Source: Felis catus
Lineage: Eukaryota
Reading direction: 5' to 3'
Assembly (NCBI RefSeq): GCF_018350175.1
Contig: NC_058368.1
Coordinates: 85,128,001-85,192,000 of the forward strand
Length of the DNA: 64,000 nucleotides
Shown here: piece by piece, positions 26,361-39,504 of the stretch
How the letters are laid out: each line of letters begins with the position of its first letter
Position numbering within the stretch: position 1 is the stretch's first letter
Made by a program: the position numbers and the translations under genes
The notes under the pieces: model-generated
Database searches by the model: none
Told to the model about the DNA's origin: nothing
The model's input: only the letters and a program-made list of their open reading frames with translations

Positions 26361-27775
26361 AATTATCACCTCCTATATTAAAAAGAAGAAAGACCTCAAT
26401 AAACGACCTACCTTTATACCTCAAGAAACTATGAAATAATAAGCTAAGCCCAAAGTTAAGAAAAGCAAGAACATAAGAAAAAAAATAGAGCATAGATAAA
26501 TAAATGAGAAAATAGAAAAAGAGTAGAAAAAATAAAAGGACTAATTTTTTTTAAGATAAAATTGACAAACCATTAGGTATACTAAGAGAAGATTCAAAAT
26601 TAGAAGTGAAGGAGGGGACATTACAACTGATACCACAGAAATAGAAATATTTGTATGGGTAGGGGGATGAGAGAAATAGGTGAAGGGAATTAAAGAGTAC
26701 ACTTATCACCATGAGCATCGAGTAATGTACAGAATAGTTGAATCACTGTATTGTACACCTGAAACCAATATAATACCTCATGTTAATTATATTGGAATTA
26801 AATTTAAAAAATGATTGTATGAGAATATTATAACAATTATATGCCAAAAATTGGACAATATAAAAGAAATTGATAAATTTCTAAAAGCATATAATCTTCC
26901 AAAACTGAATCAGGAAAAAGTAGACAATTTGAACAGACAAATTACTAGTAATGAATTGAATTAGTATTCAAGAAACCCAAAACAAACAAAATTTCAGGAC
27001 TAGATGGTTTCATAAGGAAATGTTACCGATCATTAAAGAATGTCAAACCTTTTTAAATCTCCAGAAAACTAAAGAAGGAATACTTCCAAATAAATTCTAA
27101 AAAGCCAGTATTATACTCATTTCAAAGCCAGACATGGAAAATATAATGAAAGGATATTATAAGCCAATATCCATAATGAACACAGAAGCAAATGCCCTCA
27201 ACAAAATCTATCAAATCTAATCCAACAGTACTTTAAAAATACTATATATCATGATCAAGTGGGATTTATCTGTGTTTTTATTTATTTATTTTTTATTTAT
27301 TTTTTCAACGTTTATTTATTTTTGGGACAGAGAGAGACAGAGCATGAACGGGGGAGGGGCAGAGAGAGGGAGACACAGAATTGGAAGCAGGCTCCAGGCT
27401 CTGAGCCATCAGCCCAGAGCCTGACGCGGGGCTCGAACTCAGGGACCGCGAGATCGTGACCTGGCTGAAGTCGGACGCTCAACTGACTAAGCCACCCAGG
27501 CGCCCCTGTATCTGTGTTTTTTTAATGATACTTCAAAATATGTAAATCAATAAAGGGGACACACATTAGCAGAATAAAAATCAAAATTATAACATCAGTA
27601 AATGCAAAAAAAAAAGCTTTTGAAAAACTTCAAGACACTTACAGGATTAAAAACTTCAACAAACTAGGTATAAGGAATGTACCCTAGCCTAATAAAGACC
27701 ATATATGACAAGCCAGCAGTTATCATTATACTCAAGAGTGAAAAGCTAAAATATCTTCCACTAAGATCAAGACAA
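26360..27775 (+). mobile_element. Old LINE-1 ORF2 fragment with a nested short L1 3' end (about 26655-26812)
   Basis: A-rich ORF2 sequence (CATGATCAAGTGGGATTTATC); the insert is flanked by AAATATTTGTATG and AAATGATTGTATG. Confidence 0.78.
27280..27506 (-). mobile_element. Young felid Can-SINE
   Basis: CpG-rich; TSD TATCTGTGTTTTT (27267-27279 and 27509-27521). Confidence 0.95.
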
Positions 27776-28720
27776 GAAATGAAAATTCAAAGGGATATCA
27801 CCTCACATCTATAAGAATGGCTAAAATTAACAACACAGGAAACAGCAGGTGTTGATGAGGATACAGAGAAAGACGAACCTTGTTACACTATTGGTGGGAA
27901 TGAAAACTAGAGCAACTAGTCTGGAAAACAGTGTGGAGTTTCCACAAAAAGTGGGAAAAAATAATACTCTACAACTCAACATTTACACTGCTAGCTATTT
28001 ATGCAAAGGATACAAAAATATTGATTCTAAGGGATACATGCACCATATTGTTTGCAGTAGCATTATCCCCAAAACCCAAATTATAGATAGAGTCCAAATG
28101 CCCATTGACTTATGAATGGAAAAAGAAGATTATTAATCAGCCATCAAAAAGAATGTCATCTTGCCATGACATGGCTGGAGCTAGAGTGCATTATGCTAAG
28201 CAAAAGAAGTCAGTCAGAGAAAGACAAATGTCACATGATTTCACTCACATGTGGAATTTATGAAACAAAACAGATGGACACATGGGAGGGGGAAAAAGAG
28301 AGAGGGAAACAAACAATGAGAGACTCTTAATGATAGAGAACAAACTGAAGGTTGATGGAGGGAGCAAGTCGGGGATGGACTAGACGGGTGATGGGTTTTA
28401 AGGAGAGCACATATTGTGATGAGTACTGGGTATGTTATGTAAGTGACAAATCTCTAAATTCTACACCTGAACCTAAAAAAAAGGAAAAATATAAACAACA
28501 CTGATAAGCCATTTCCCCTACACTAAGAAAAAAAATCTCAAATAAAATGAGAAATCAAAGACAAGATACAGCCAATGTCACATAAAAACAAAGGATCATA
28601 AGAGAATACTAAGAAGAATAATGAACCAACAAATTGAATAACTTAGAATAATACAACATACCAAGACTGATAAAGAAACTGAAGACATGAGCAGACCAAT
28701 AATAAGTAAAGAGATTCAAA
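27776..28720 (+). mobile_element. LINE-1 3' fragment (to about 28480) followed by an older ORF2 fragment
   Basis: ORF TWLELECIMLSKRSQSEKDK and L1 3' UTR; then degenerate ORF2 sequence. Confidence 0.8.
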
Positions 28721-30002
28721 TAAACATGGCTACTTTATCTTGAGAAATCTTTCAGGTAATTGAACAAAGCACATATAAGATTGATAAATAAAAATTAATT
28801 AATTCAATAAGGTGTATATTGACTGCTTAGTACTTGGAGTGTTTTGTGATATATCACATTTTCTTTATCCACTCATTAGTAGATGGAAATTTGAGCTCTC
28901 CCCATAGTATAGGTATTGAAGACAAAGCTGCTATAAATAGTGAGGGGCATGTATCCCTTCAAATCTGTATTTTTGTATCCTTTGAGTAAATACCTAATAG
29001 TTCAATTGCTGGATCATAGGGTAGTTCTATTTCCAGTTTTTTGGTGGGAACTCCATACTTCTCTTCAGTGATTGTACAAGTTTGCATTCCCACAAACAGT
29101 GTAAGAGGGTTCTTCTTTCTCTGCATTCTCACCAACACCTATTGTTGTTTTTTTTTTCTTTTTGATTGTTAACTTAAGCCATTCTAACAATGTGAGTTGA
29201 TATCTCATTGTGGTTTTAATTTTTATTTCCCTGGTAATTAGTGATGTTGAGCATCCTTTCATGTGTCTCGTCAGCCTTCTGGATGGCTTCTTTGCAAAAG
29301 TGCCTACTCATGTATTTTGCATATTTTCTTCACTGGATTATTATTTTTTTTTGGTGTTGAGTTTGTAAGTTTTCTGTAGATTTTGGATAATAACCCTTCA
29401 TCTGATATGTCATTGCAAATATCTTCTCCCATTCCATCAGCTGCCTTTTAGTTTTGCTGATTGTTTCGTTTGCTGTGCAGAAATGTTATCTTGATGAGGT
29501 CCCAATAGTTCATATTTGCTTTTGTTTAATTTGCCTTCCGTGATGAGTCTCCTAAAAAGTTGCTGCAACCGAGGTCAAAGAGGTTGCTGCCTGTGTTCTT
29601 CTCCAGGATTTTGATGATTTCCTATGTCAAATTTAGGTCTTTCAAACTTTTTGAATTTATTTTTATGTATGGTGTAAAAAAGGTCCAGTTTCAATCTTCT
29701 GTATGTCACTGTCCAGTTTTCCCAGCACCATTGTTGATGAGACAGTCTTTTTTTTCCATTGAATATTCTTTCCTGCTTTGTTGAAGATTAGGTGACCAAT
29801 ATTTGTGGGTCCATTTCTAATTTTCTATTCTGTTCCATTGATCTGTTTGCCTGTTTTTGTGCCAGTGCCATACTGTCTTGATGACTACATGTTTGTAATG
29901 TAGCTTGAAATCTAGAATAATAATACTTGCTGTTTTATTTTTCTTTTTTCAGGATTGCTTTGGCTATTCAGGGTCTTTTGTGGTTCCATACAAATTTTTG
30001 TA

Positions 30003-33000
30003 AGGAGGGAACAGGAAGATGGTGGAATAGGAGGATACTGGGCTCACCTCATCCTGCTGATCACTTAGATTCCACTGACATTTGCCTAAATAACCAGGAA
30101 AACAACCTGAAGACTAACAGAACAGACTCTCTTGAGCCAAGTGTAGGCAAGAGGCCCATGGAAGAGGGTAGGAAGGGTGGAGAGGCAGTGCATGCTACAA
30201 GGACTGGCAGGAGGGAGCTGGGTTGGTGGAGGTCAGCCTGCCCAGCAAGGCAGAGACTCCCAAGTCTGGCTTGCAAAAGTGGAGGAGCCAACTCGGTGAG
30301 TTCTGACAGCCAGTGGGATTTAACATCTGGAATGTTAAAAGTCAACAGCTCTCCTCTCAGAGAGTGGGGAGTGCAAGAGGACACTGGGAGGGAGAGTTGT
30401 TGAGCTCTGGGAGGACAGAGCACAGTGGGGGAACAAAGTTGCTGGCAGGGGCCATTTCCCTCTCTCACCCCCAGCCGAAATTCCAAAGGGAACCAGTTCC
30501 CACCACCGAACTTGCTTGCACTAAGCAAATGCCCAATGCTGTGCTTTTGTGGATCTATCTCTCCAAAGGGCCCACCTCCTTCTGGTGCTGCAGGGTGCCT
30601 CCTGCAGGGGACCACCTAAGGCAAAGCAAGCTAAGCCTACTCCTCCCGCCTCTGTGCACCTGGCAGATCCACCCCCTGTAAAACACCCTTGGCCAGATCC
30701 CATCGAAGAAGCACCACAAGCCTGGAAGTGTGCAAACAGCCAGACAGGGGCCACACCACTCACACACACGTGAGACGTGCCCTTGGGAAAGTGGAAGATA
30801 AGGTACACACCAGTCTGACTGTGGCCCCAGTAGTGGGCTGGGGCAGACATAGGGTCTGACTGTGGCCTGCCCACCAACACAAGTTTCTCTGGACAGCACA
30901 GGGGAAGTGCCCTGCAGTTTGGAGCTACTGCAGGGACTACCCAAAATGAAAAAACAGAACTGTCCTCAAAAGAAACTCCAGGAAGTAGCGACACCTAATG
31001 AATTGATCAAAACTGATTTAAGTAATATAACAGAATAAGAATTTAGAATAATAGTCATAAAGTTAATTGATGGGCTTGAAAAAAGCATAGACAACAGCAG
31101 AGAATCTATTGTTACAGATATCAAGGGATTAAGAAATAGTAATGAGGAACTAAAAAATGCTATCAATGAGGTGCAAAATAAAATGGAGGCGGGCATAGCA
31201 CAGATTGAAGAGGCAGAGGAGAAAATAGATGAATTACAAGATAAAATTATGGAAATAGAGGAAGCTGAGAAAAAGAGGGATTAAAAAAATCCAAGAGTAT
31301 AAGGGGAGAATTAGAGAACTAAGTGATGCAATCAAACTGAACAATATCCTCATCATAGGAATTCCAGAAGAAGAAGAGAGAGAAAGGTGCTGAATGTGTA
31401 CTTGAACAAATCATAGCTCAGAACTTTCCTGATCTGGGACATTGAAATCCAAGAGGCATAGAGAACTCCCTTCAGACATAACTTGAATCAATCTTCTGCA
31501 CGACATATCCTAGTGAAACTGGCAAAATAAAAAGATAAAGAGAATTCTGAAAGCAGCTAGAGATATAAGCCTACCCTAAATTACAAAGGTAGACATATAA
31601 GGGTAGTAGAAGACCTATCTACTGAAACGTGGCAGTCCAGAAATGAATGACAGAGAATCTTCAATGTGATGATCAGAAAAAAAAATATGCAGCCAAGAAT
31701 CCTTTATCCAGTGAATCTTTCATTCAGAATAGGAGAGATAAAGGTTTTCCCAAACAAACAAAAACTGAAGGAATTCATCACCACTAAACCAGCCCTACAA
31801 GAGATCCTAAGGGGGACTCTGTGAGTGAAATGTTTCAAGGACCACAAAGTACCAGAGACACCACTACAAGCATGAAACCTACAGATATTACAATGACTCT
31901 AACCCATGTCTTTCAATAATAACACTGACTATAAATGGACTAAATGCTCCAATCTAAAGACATAGGGTATCAGAATGGATATTAAAAAAACAAGACCCAT
32001 CTATTTGCTGTCTACAAGAGACTCATTTTAGACCTGAAGACACCTTCAGATTGAAAGTGAGGGGATGAAGGACTATCTATCATGCTACTGGAAGTCAAAA
32101 GAAAGCTGGAGTAGCCATACTTATATCAGACAAATTAGATTTTAAATTAGAGGTTGTAACAAGAGATGAATAAGGACATTACATAGTAATTACAGTATCT
32201 ATCAATCATGGAGATCTAACAATTATAAATGTCTATGCACCGAATTTGATAGCACCAAAATAGATAAAGCAATTAATGACAAATATAAGCAACCTTATTG
32301 ATAAGAATGTGGTAATTGCAGGGGACTTTAATACTCCACTGACAGAAGTGGATAGATCATCTAGACAGAGAATCAATAAAGAAACAAGGGCCCTGAGTGA
32401 TACATTGTATCAGGTGGACTTGACAGATATGTTTAGAACTCTGCATCCCAAAGCAATAGAATATACTTTCTTCTCCAGTGCACATGGAACATTCTCCAAG
32501 ATAGATCACATACTGGGTCACAAAACATCCCTTCATAAGTACAAAAGAATTGAGATCATACCATGCACACTTTCAGACTACAATGCTATGAAACTTGAAA
32601 TCAACCACAGGAAATAGTCTGGAAAACCTCCAAAAGCATGGAGGTTAAATAACATCCTACAAAAGAATAAATGGGTCAACCAGGCAATTAGAGAAGAAAT
32701 TAAAACATATATGAAAACAAATGAAAATGAAAATACAACAATCCAAATGCTTTGGGATGCAGCAAAAGCAGTCCTGAGAGGAAAATACATTGCAATCCAG
32801 GCATATTTAAAAAAAAAACAAGGGAAGTCCCAAATACAAATCTAATAGCACACCTAAAGGAAATAGAAACAGAACAGCAAAACACCCCAATCTCATCAGA
32901 AGAAGAGAAATAATAAGGATCAGAGGAGAAAAACAATATAGATTCTAAAAAAAAAAAAAAAACTGTAGAGCTGATCAATGAAACCAAGAGTTGGTTTTTT

Positions 33001-35780
33001 GAAAAAAGAAACAAAATTGATAAACCTCTAGCCAGGCTTTTCAAAAAGAAAAGGGAGATAACCCAAATAGATAAAATCATGAATGAAAATGGAATTATTA
33101 CAACCAATCCCTCAGAAATACAAATAATTGTCAGAGAATACTATGAAAAATTATATGTCAACAAACTACACAACCTGGAAGAACTGGAAAAATTCCTATG
33201 CACACACACACTTCCAAAGCTCAAACAGGAAGAAATAGAAAACTTGAACAGACCCAAACTAGTGAAGAAATTGGATCAGTTATCAAAAATCTCCCAAGAA
33301 ATAAGAGTCCAGGACCAGATGGCTTCTCTGGGGAATTCTACCAGACATTAAAGTGCAGATAATACCTATCCTTCTGAAGATGTTCCAAAAAATAGAAAGG
33401 GAAGGAAAACTTCCAGACTCATTCTATGAAGCCAGCATTACTTTGATTTCTAAACCAGACAGAGACCCAGCAAAAAAAAAAAAAAAAGAACTACAGGTCA
33501 ATATCCCTCATGAATATGGATGCAAAAATTATCCTTAAGATACTAGAAAATCAAATTCAACAGCATATAAAAAAATATTCACCATGATCAAGTGGGATTC
33601 ATTCCTGGCCTGCAGGGCTGGTTCAAAATTCACAAATCAATCAATGTCATACATCACATTAATAAAAAAAAAGATAAGAAACATATGATCCTGTCAATTG
33701 ATGCAGAAAAAGCATTTGACCTCGAGAAAGTCAGGATTGAAGGAACATACTTATCATAAAATCCATTTATGAAGAGCCCACAGCTAATATAATTCTCAAT
33801 GGGGAAAACTGAGAGCTTTCCCACTGAGATGATGAACATGACAGGGTTGTCCACTCACCACTGTGGTTTAACATAGTGTTGGAAGTTCTAGCATCAGCAA
33901 TCAGACAACAAAAGGAAATCAAAGGCATCAAAATTGGCACAGATGAAGTCAACTTTTCACTTTTTGCAGATGACATGATATTATACATGGAAAACCAGAT
34001 AGACTCCACGAAAACTGTGCTAGAATTGATACATGAATTCAGCAAAGTCACAGGATACAAAATTAATGTACAGAAATCAGTTACATTCTTATACACTAAT
34101 AACGAAGCCACAGAAAGAGAAATAAAGAAACTGATCCCATTCACAATGGCACCAAGAATCATAAAATTCCTAGGAATAGCCGTAACCAAAGATGTAAAAG
34201 ATCTGTATGCTGAAAACTATAGAAAGCTTTTGAAGGAAATTGTAGAAGATACAAAGAAATGGAAAAACATTCCGTTCTCATGGATTGAAAGAATAAATAT
34301 TGTTAAAATGTCAATATTACCCAAAGCTATCTACACATTCAATGCAATCCCAATCAAAATTGCACCAGTATTCCTCTTGAAGCTAGAACAAGCAATCCTA
34401 AAATTTGTATGGAACCACAAATACCCCGAATAGCCAAAGTAATATTGAAGAAGGAGACCAAAGCAAGAGGCATCAAAATCCCAGACTTTAGCCTCTACTA
34501 CAAAGCTGTAATCATCAAGACAGCACGGTATTGGCAGAAAAACAGACACATAGACCAATGGAATAAAATAAAGATCCCAGAATTAGACCCACAAAAGTAT
34601 GGCCAACTAATCTTTGACAAAGCAGGAAAGAATATCCAGTGGAATAAAGACAGTCTCTTTAGCAAATGGTGCTGGGAGAACTGGACAGCAACATGCAGAA
34701 GAATGAAACTAGACCACTTTTTTACACCATTCACAAAAATAAACTCAAAATGGATGAAGGATGGTTATGTGAGACAGGAAACCATGAAAACCCTAGAGGA
34801 GAAAGCAGGAAAAAAACGTCTCTGAGGTTTTGTCTAAAATGCTAAATGAATTTAGCTAAAATGAACAAATCAGGAGACTGTAGATGCTGGAGAGGATGTG
34901 GAGAAATGGGAACCTTCTTGCACTGTTGGTGGGAATGCAAACAGGTGTACCCACTCTGGTAAATAGTGTGAAGGTTCCTCAAAGAACTAAAAATAGATCT
35001 ACCCTATGACCCAGCAATAGCACTGCTATCCTCCCAAGCGATGCAGGAGTGCTGATTCATAGGGGCACTTGTACCCCAATGTTTATATCAGCCTTTTCAA
35101 AAATAGCCAAATTATGGAAAGAGCCTAAAAGTCCATCAAGTGATGAATGGATAAAGAAGTTGTGGTTTATATATACAATGGAATACTATTTGGCAATGAT
35201 AAAGAATGAAATATGTCTTTTTTTTTTAGCAACGTGAATGGGACTGGAGAGTATTATGCAAAGTTAAGTAAGTTATACAGAGAAAGATAGATACCATGTT
35301 TTCCCTCATATGTGGATCCTGAGAAAGTTAACAGAAGACCATGGAGGAGGGGAAGGGGAAAAAAAGTTACAGAGAGGGAAGGAGCCAAACCATAAGAGAC
35401 TCTTTTTTTTTTTATTTTTTTCAACGTTTATTTATTTTTGGGACAGAGAGAGACAGAGCATGAACGGGGGAGGGGCAGAGAGAGAGGGAGACACAGAATC
35501 GGAAACAGGCTCCAGGCTCTGAGCCATCAGCCCAGAGCCCGATGTGGGGCTCGAACTCACGGACCGCGAAATCGTGACCTGGCTGAAGTCGGACGCTCAA
35601 CCGACTGCGCCACCCAGGCACCCCAAGAGACTCTTAAAAACTGAGAATAAACTGAGGGTTGATGGGAGGTCGGGGGGAGGCGAAAGTGGGTTATGGGCAT
35701 TGAGGAGGGCACCTGTTGGGATGAACACTCGGTGTTGTATGGAAACCAATTTGACAATAAATTTTATATTAAAAAATAAA
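30003..35780 (+). mobile_element. Full-length decayed LINE-1 (copy C): 5' UTR 30003-30945, ORF1 remnant from 30946, ORF2 remnant from 31893, internal deletion near 34825-34860
   Basis: GC-rich 5' UTR beginning GGAAGATGGTGG; EN motifs IAGDFNTPL, FSKIDHILGHK and SDYNAMKLEIN; RT motif FADDMILY; multiple stops; 3' UTR and A tail. Confidence 0.95.
35405..35624 (-). mobile_element. Young felid Can-SINE in the L1 3' UTR
   Basis: TSD AAGAGACTCTT (35394-35404 and 35625-35635); CpG-rich. Confidence 0.96.
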
Positions 35781-37169
35781 TTTTAGGATTGTCTCTTCTA
35801 GCTCTGCAAAAATGCTGGTGGTATTATTTTACAGTTGCATTAATGTGTAGATTACTTTTGGTAGTATACACATTTTACCAATGTTTGTTCTTCCAATCCA
35901 TAAGCATGGAATATTTTTTTTCATTTTTTTGTGTCTTCTTCAATTTCTTTCATAAATGTTCTATATTTTCAGAGTACATATCTCTTACCTTTTTTGTGAT
36001 GTTTATTCTTAGGTATCTCATTGTTTGTGCTGCAATTGAAAATGGGATCCATTCCCTGATTTCCTTTTTTGCTGCTTTGTTATTGGTATATAGAAATGCA
36101 ACATATTTCTGCACCTTGACTTTATATGCACTGACTTTACTGAATTCATGTATTATTCTAGCAATTTTTTTGGTGGAGATTTTTGTGTTTTCTACATAAA
36201 GTATCATGTCATCTGCAATTATAGAAAGTTTTTATTTTTCCTTACTTATTTGAATTTGTTCTATTTCTTTTTGTTGTCTGATTGCTGAGGCTAAAGCTTC
36301 CAATACTCTGTAAAATAGTAATGGTGAAAGTGGACATGTTATTTCCCGACCATAGGAGAAAGGCTCTCAGTTTTTCCCCATTAAGGATGATATTAGCTAT
36401 GTTTTTTTCATATATGGCCTTTATTATGTTGAGGTATGTTTCCTGTAACCTTACCTTGTTGAGGGTTTTATCAAGAATGGATGCTTTATTTTGTCAAATA
36501 CTTTTCCTGTATCTATTGAGAGGATCATATGGTTCTTATCCTTTCTTTTATTAATGTGGTGTATTACATTGATTGATTTGCAATTTTTGAACCTATTATT
36601 TGGCCCAGGATAAACCCCACTTGATCATGGTGAGTGATCTTTTAATGTATTGTTGGATTCAGTTTGCTAGTTTTGTTGAGGATTTTGCATCCAGATTCAT
36701 CAGCGATATTGGCCTGTAATTCTTTTTAGTGGGATCTTTGTATGGTTTTGGAATTAAGGTAATGTTGGCTTTGAAGAATAAGTTTGGATGTTTTTATTCT
36801 ATTTCTATTTTTTGGAACAGTTTGAGAAGAATAGCTATTAACTGTTCTTTAAATGTTTGGTAGAATTCCCCTGAGAAATCCTCTGGCCCAGGACTCTTAT
36901 TTGTTAGGAGATTTTTGAACACTGATTCAATATTTGCTGGTTATGGGTCTGTAAAATTTTTTGTTTCTTCCTGTTTCAGTTTTGGTAGTTTGGGAGTTTC
37001 TAAGAATTTGTCCATTTCCTCCAGATTGCCAAGGTTTTTGGCATATAATTATTCATACTATTCTCTTATAATTTTTGGTATTTCTTTGATGTTGCTTGTA
37101 ATCTCTCTTCTTTCATTTGTGATTTTATCTATGTGGGTCCATTCTCTTTTCTTTTTGATCAGTCTGTTT

Positions 37170-37378
37170 GTTATTATTATTATTTTACATTTTTAAATGT
37201 TTACTTATTTCTGAGAGACAGAGTGAAAGTGCAGAGAGAAAAGGAAACAGAATCTGAAGCAGTCTCCAGGGTCTGAGCTGTCAGTACAGAGCCCAATGCT
37301 GGGCTCGAACCCACAAACTGTAAGATCAAGACATGAGTCAAAGTCAGACACTTAACTGACTAGGCCACCAGGCACCCC
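37170..37378 (-). mobile_element. Can-SINE
   Basis: SINE body ending GCCACCAGGCACCCC. Confidence 0.88.
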
Positions 37379-38083
37379 AATTTTGTTATTTCACAGACCA
37401 GCTCTTAGTATTATTGATCTGTTTTACTGTTTTTAGTTTGTTTGCTTCTATACAATTTATTTCTGGTCTAATCTTTATTATTTCCTTTCTATGCTGGCTT
37501 CAAGCTTTATTTGATTTTCATTTTCTAGCTCTTCTCATTGTAACGTTAGGTTGTGCATTTGGGACCTTTCTTACTTCTTGAAGTAGGACTGAATTGCAAT
37601 AAGTTCCCTCTTAGGACTGCCTTTGCTGTATGCCAAAGGTATTCATTGTTGTATTTTCATTTTCATTTGCTTACATGTATACAAATACATACTTTATTTT
37701 CTTCTTTACTTTTCTTGGTCCATTCATTCCTTAATAGGACGCTCTTTAACCTCAATGTATTTGAGTACTTTCCAATTTTTTTTTTCCTGAGGTTAACTTC
37801 AAGTTTCATAGCATTGTGATCTGAAAATATGCACAGTTTGTTCTCAATCTTTTTATACTTGTTGAGGGCTGATTTGTGACCCCGTGTGTGATCTATTCTG
37901 GGGAATGTTCCATGTGCATTCAAAAAGAATGTACATTCTGCTACTTTATGATGGAATGTTATGAATGTATCTGTTAAGTTCATCTGGTCCAGTGTGTCTT
38001 TCAAAATCATTGTTTTCCTGTTGATCTTCTGCTTAGATAATCTGTCCTTTGTTGTAAGTGGAGTATTAATGTCACCTACTATT

Positions 38084-38345
38084 TTTTGAAGCTGTTTTTC
38101 TTTTTTCTTTTTAATTTTTGTAATATTTATTAATTTTGAGAGAGACAGAGACAGAGAGAGACAGAGAGAGAGAGAGAGAGCAAGCAGGGAAGGGGCAGAG
38201 AGAGAGGGAGACATAGAATCAGAAGTAGGCTCCAGGCTCTGAGCTGTCAGCACAGAGCCTGATGCAGGGCTCGAACTTACAGGCTGCGAGATCATGACCT
38301 GAGCTGTAGTCGGCCGCCCAACCAACTGAGCCACCCAGGCGCCCC
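38084..38345 (-). mobile_element. Can-SINE
   Basis: 16-bp TSD AATGTCACCTACTATT (38068-38083 and 38346-38361). Confidence 0.95.
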
Positions 38346-39294
38346 AATGTCACCTACTATTATTGTGTTATTATCAGTGGGTTTCTTTATGTTTGTTATA
38401 AACTGATTTATATATTTTGCTGTTCCCAAGATGGAGGGGAATAAATAGTTACAATTATTGGATCTTCTTGATGGATAGACCCCTTAATTATGACATATCA
38501 TTCTTCATCTCTTGTTACAGTTTTTTTTTAAATCTCATTTGTCTGATATAAGTGTGGCTACACTGACTTTCTTTTATCTATGGAGAGGCCAGATCACCTG
38601 TACAAAATGCACTCCAAGCAGTGGAATCCTTCTCCCGATGCAACTCAGGGGATCCTCAGACTGCACTGCCTGTTCCCAAGGCTCTGTACTTCTTCCCTGC
38701 TGGAGCACCACCAGGGGCTGACCTCTGACACTTCAGAGGTTCTTAGTTCCATTGATTATAAAATAACTGGCAGTATTGAAACCTTCTCTCTCCCCCCCAT
38801 CAATGGTTTTGTGGAACAGTTTCCTTGTGTGAATACCTGTGCACATTTTCACTCTTTCTCTTTAGCTGCTTTCAGGGAGAGTGCTTTCTTGCACAAACCC
38901 ACTGCACTGCTTCCACCCCCCACCCCTATCTTCCTCCTCTTCATGAAAATAACTCCCTCCCCTTGGTGGCACCAGGACTCTTCTCTCCCCCAGTTTAATT
39001 CTCCAAATTATGTACCTGCTAGGTTTTGTGCAGGAAATTATGCAGATTGTTCTGTTAATCCTCAGATCAAAATCCTAGTAGTTCAAAATGGTTTGATGTT
39101 TACCTAGCTGTGTTTGAGGGATGAGACAAGTTCTGGGTCCCCTTGCTACTCCACCATCTTTACACCTCTTTCCTGCTTAGTGTTGGATCATTTTATTAAT
39201 TTGGAAATGTATATTGACAATATAGAGTTATTTTATTCATCTATTTGCTGATCCAACTAATGTTTATGTACAACTAATAGTTCTCAGGCACTTT

Positions 39295-39504
39295 AAATTT
39301 TTTTTTCATTTTTATTTTTGAAGGAGAAAGAGACAGAGCATGAGTGGGGGAGGGGCAGAGAGAGAGGGAGACACAGAATCCAAGCAGGCTCCAGGCTCTG
39401 AGCCATCAGCACAGAGCCCGATGCAGGGCTCAAACTTATGAAATGTGAGATCATGACCTGGGCCGAAGTCCGATGCTTAACTGACTGAGCCACTCAGGTG
39501 CCCC
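39295..39504 (-). mobile_element. Can-SINE
   Basis: TSD CTCAGGCACTTT (39283-39294 and 39505-39516). Confidence 0.94.

Larger units (their letters stand above)
28850..39165 (-). mobile_element. Interrupted LINE-1 (copy D): ORF2 at 28850-30000 and 35783-38575, joined to a 5' UTR piece at 38580-39165; ORF1 and 3' UTR missing
   Basis: Antisense ORF2 breaks at TTCCATACAAATTTT (about 29984-29999) and resumes at TTTTAGGATTG (35781); 5' motif AAGATGGTGGAG on the minus strand at 39149-39160; possible TSD CTGCTTAGT(AC/G)TTGGA at 28823 and 39173. Confidence 0.85.

Noticed and set aside
25180..27775. Opposed L1 pieces as one twin-primed insertion
   Set aside because: The pieces appear to be about 1 kb apart in L1 coordinates and I found no shared TSD.
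29927..30994. Overlapping 120-184 aa ORFs on both strands (possible ORF0-like gene)
   Set aside because: They lie in the GC-rich L1 5' UTR where stops are scarce, and show no recognisable domain.
33876..34825. Reverse transcriptase ORFs suggesting an active element or new RT system
   Set aside because: These are fragments of ordinary L1 ORF2 in a copy with many stops, frameshifts and a deletion.
37663..38334. 223-aa minus-strand SINE and endonuclease fusion ORF
   Set aside because: Chance read-through from a SINE into decayed L1 EN sequence; no evidence of expression.
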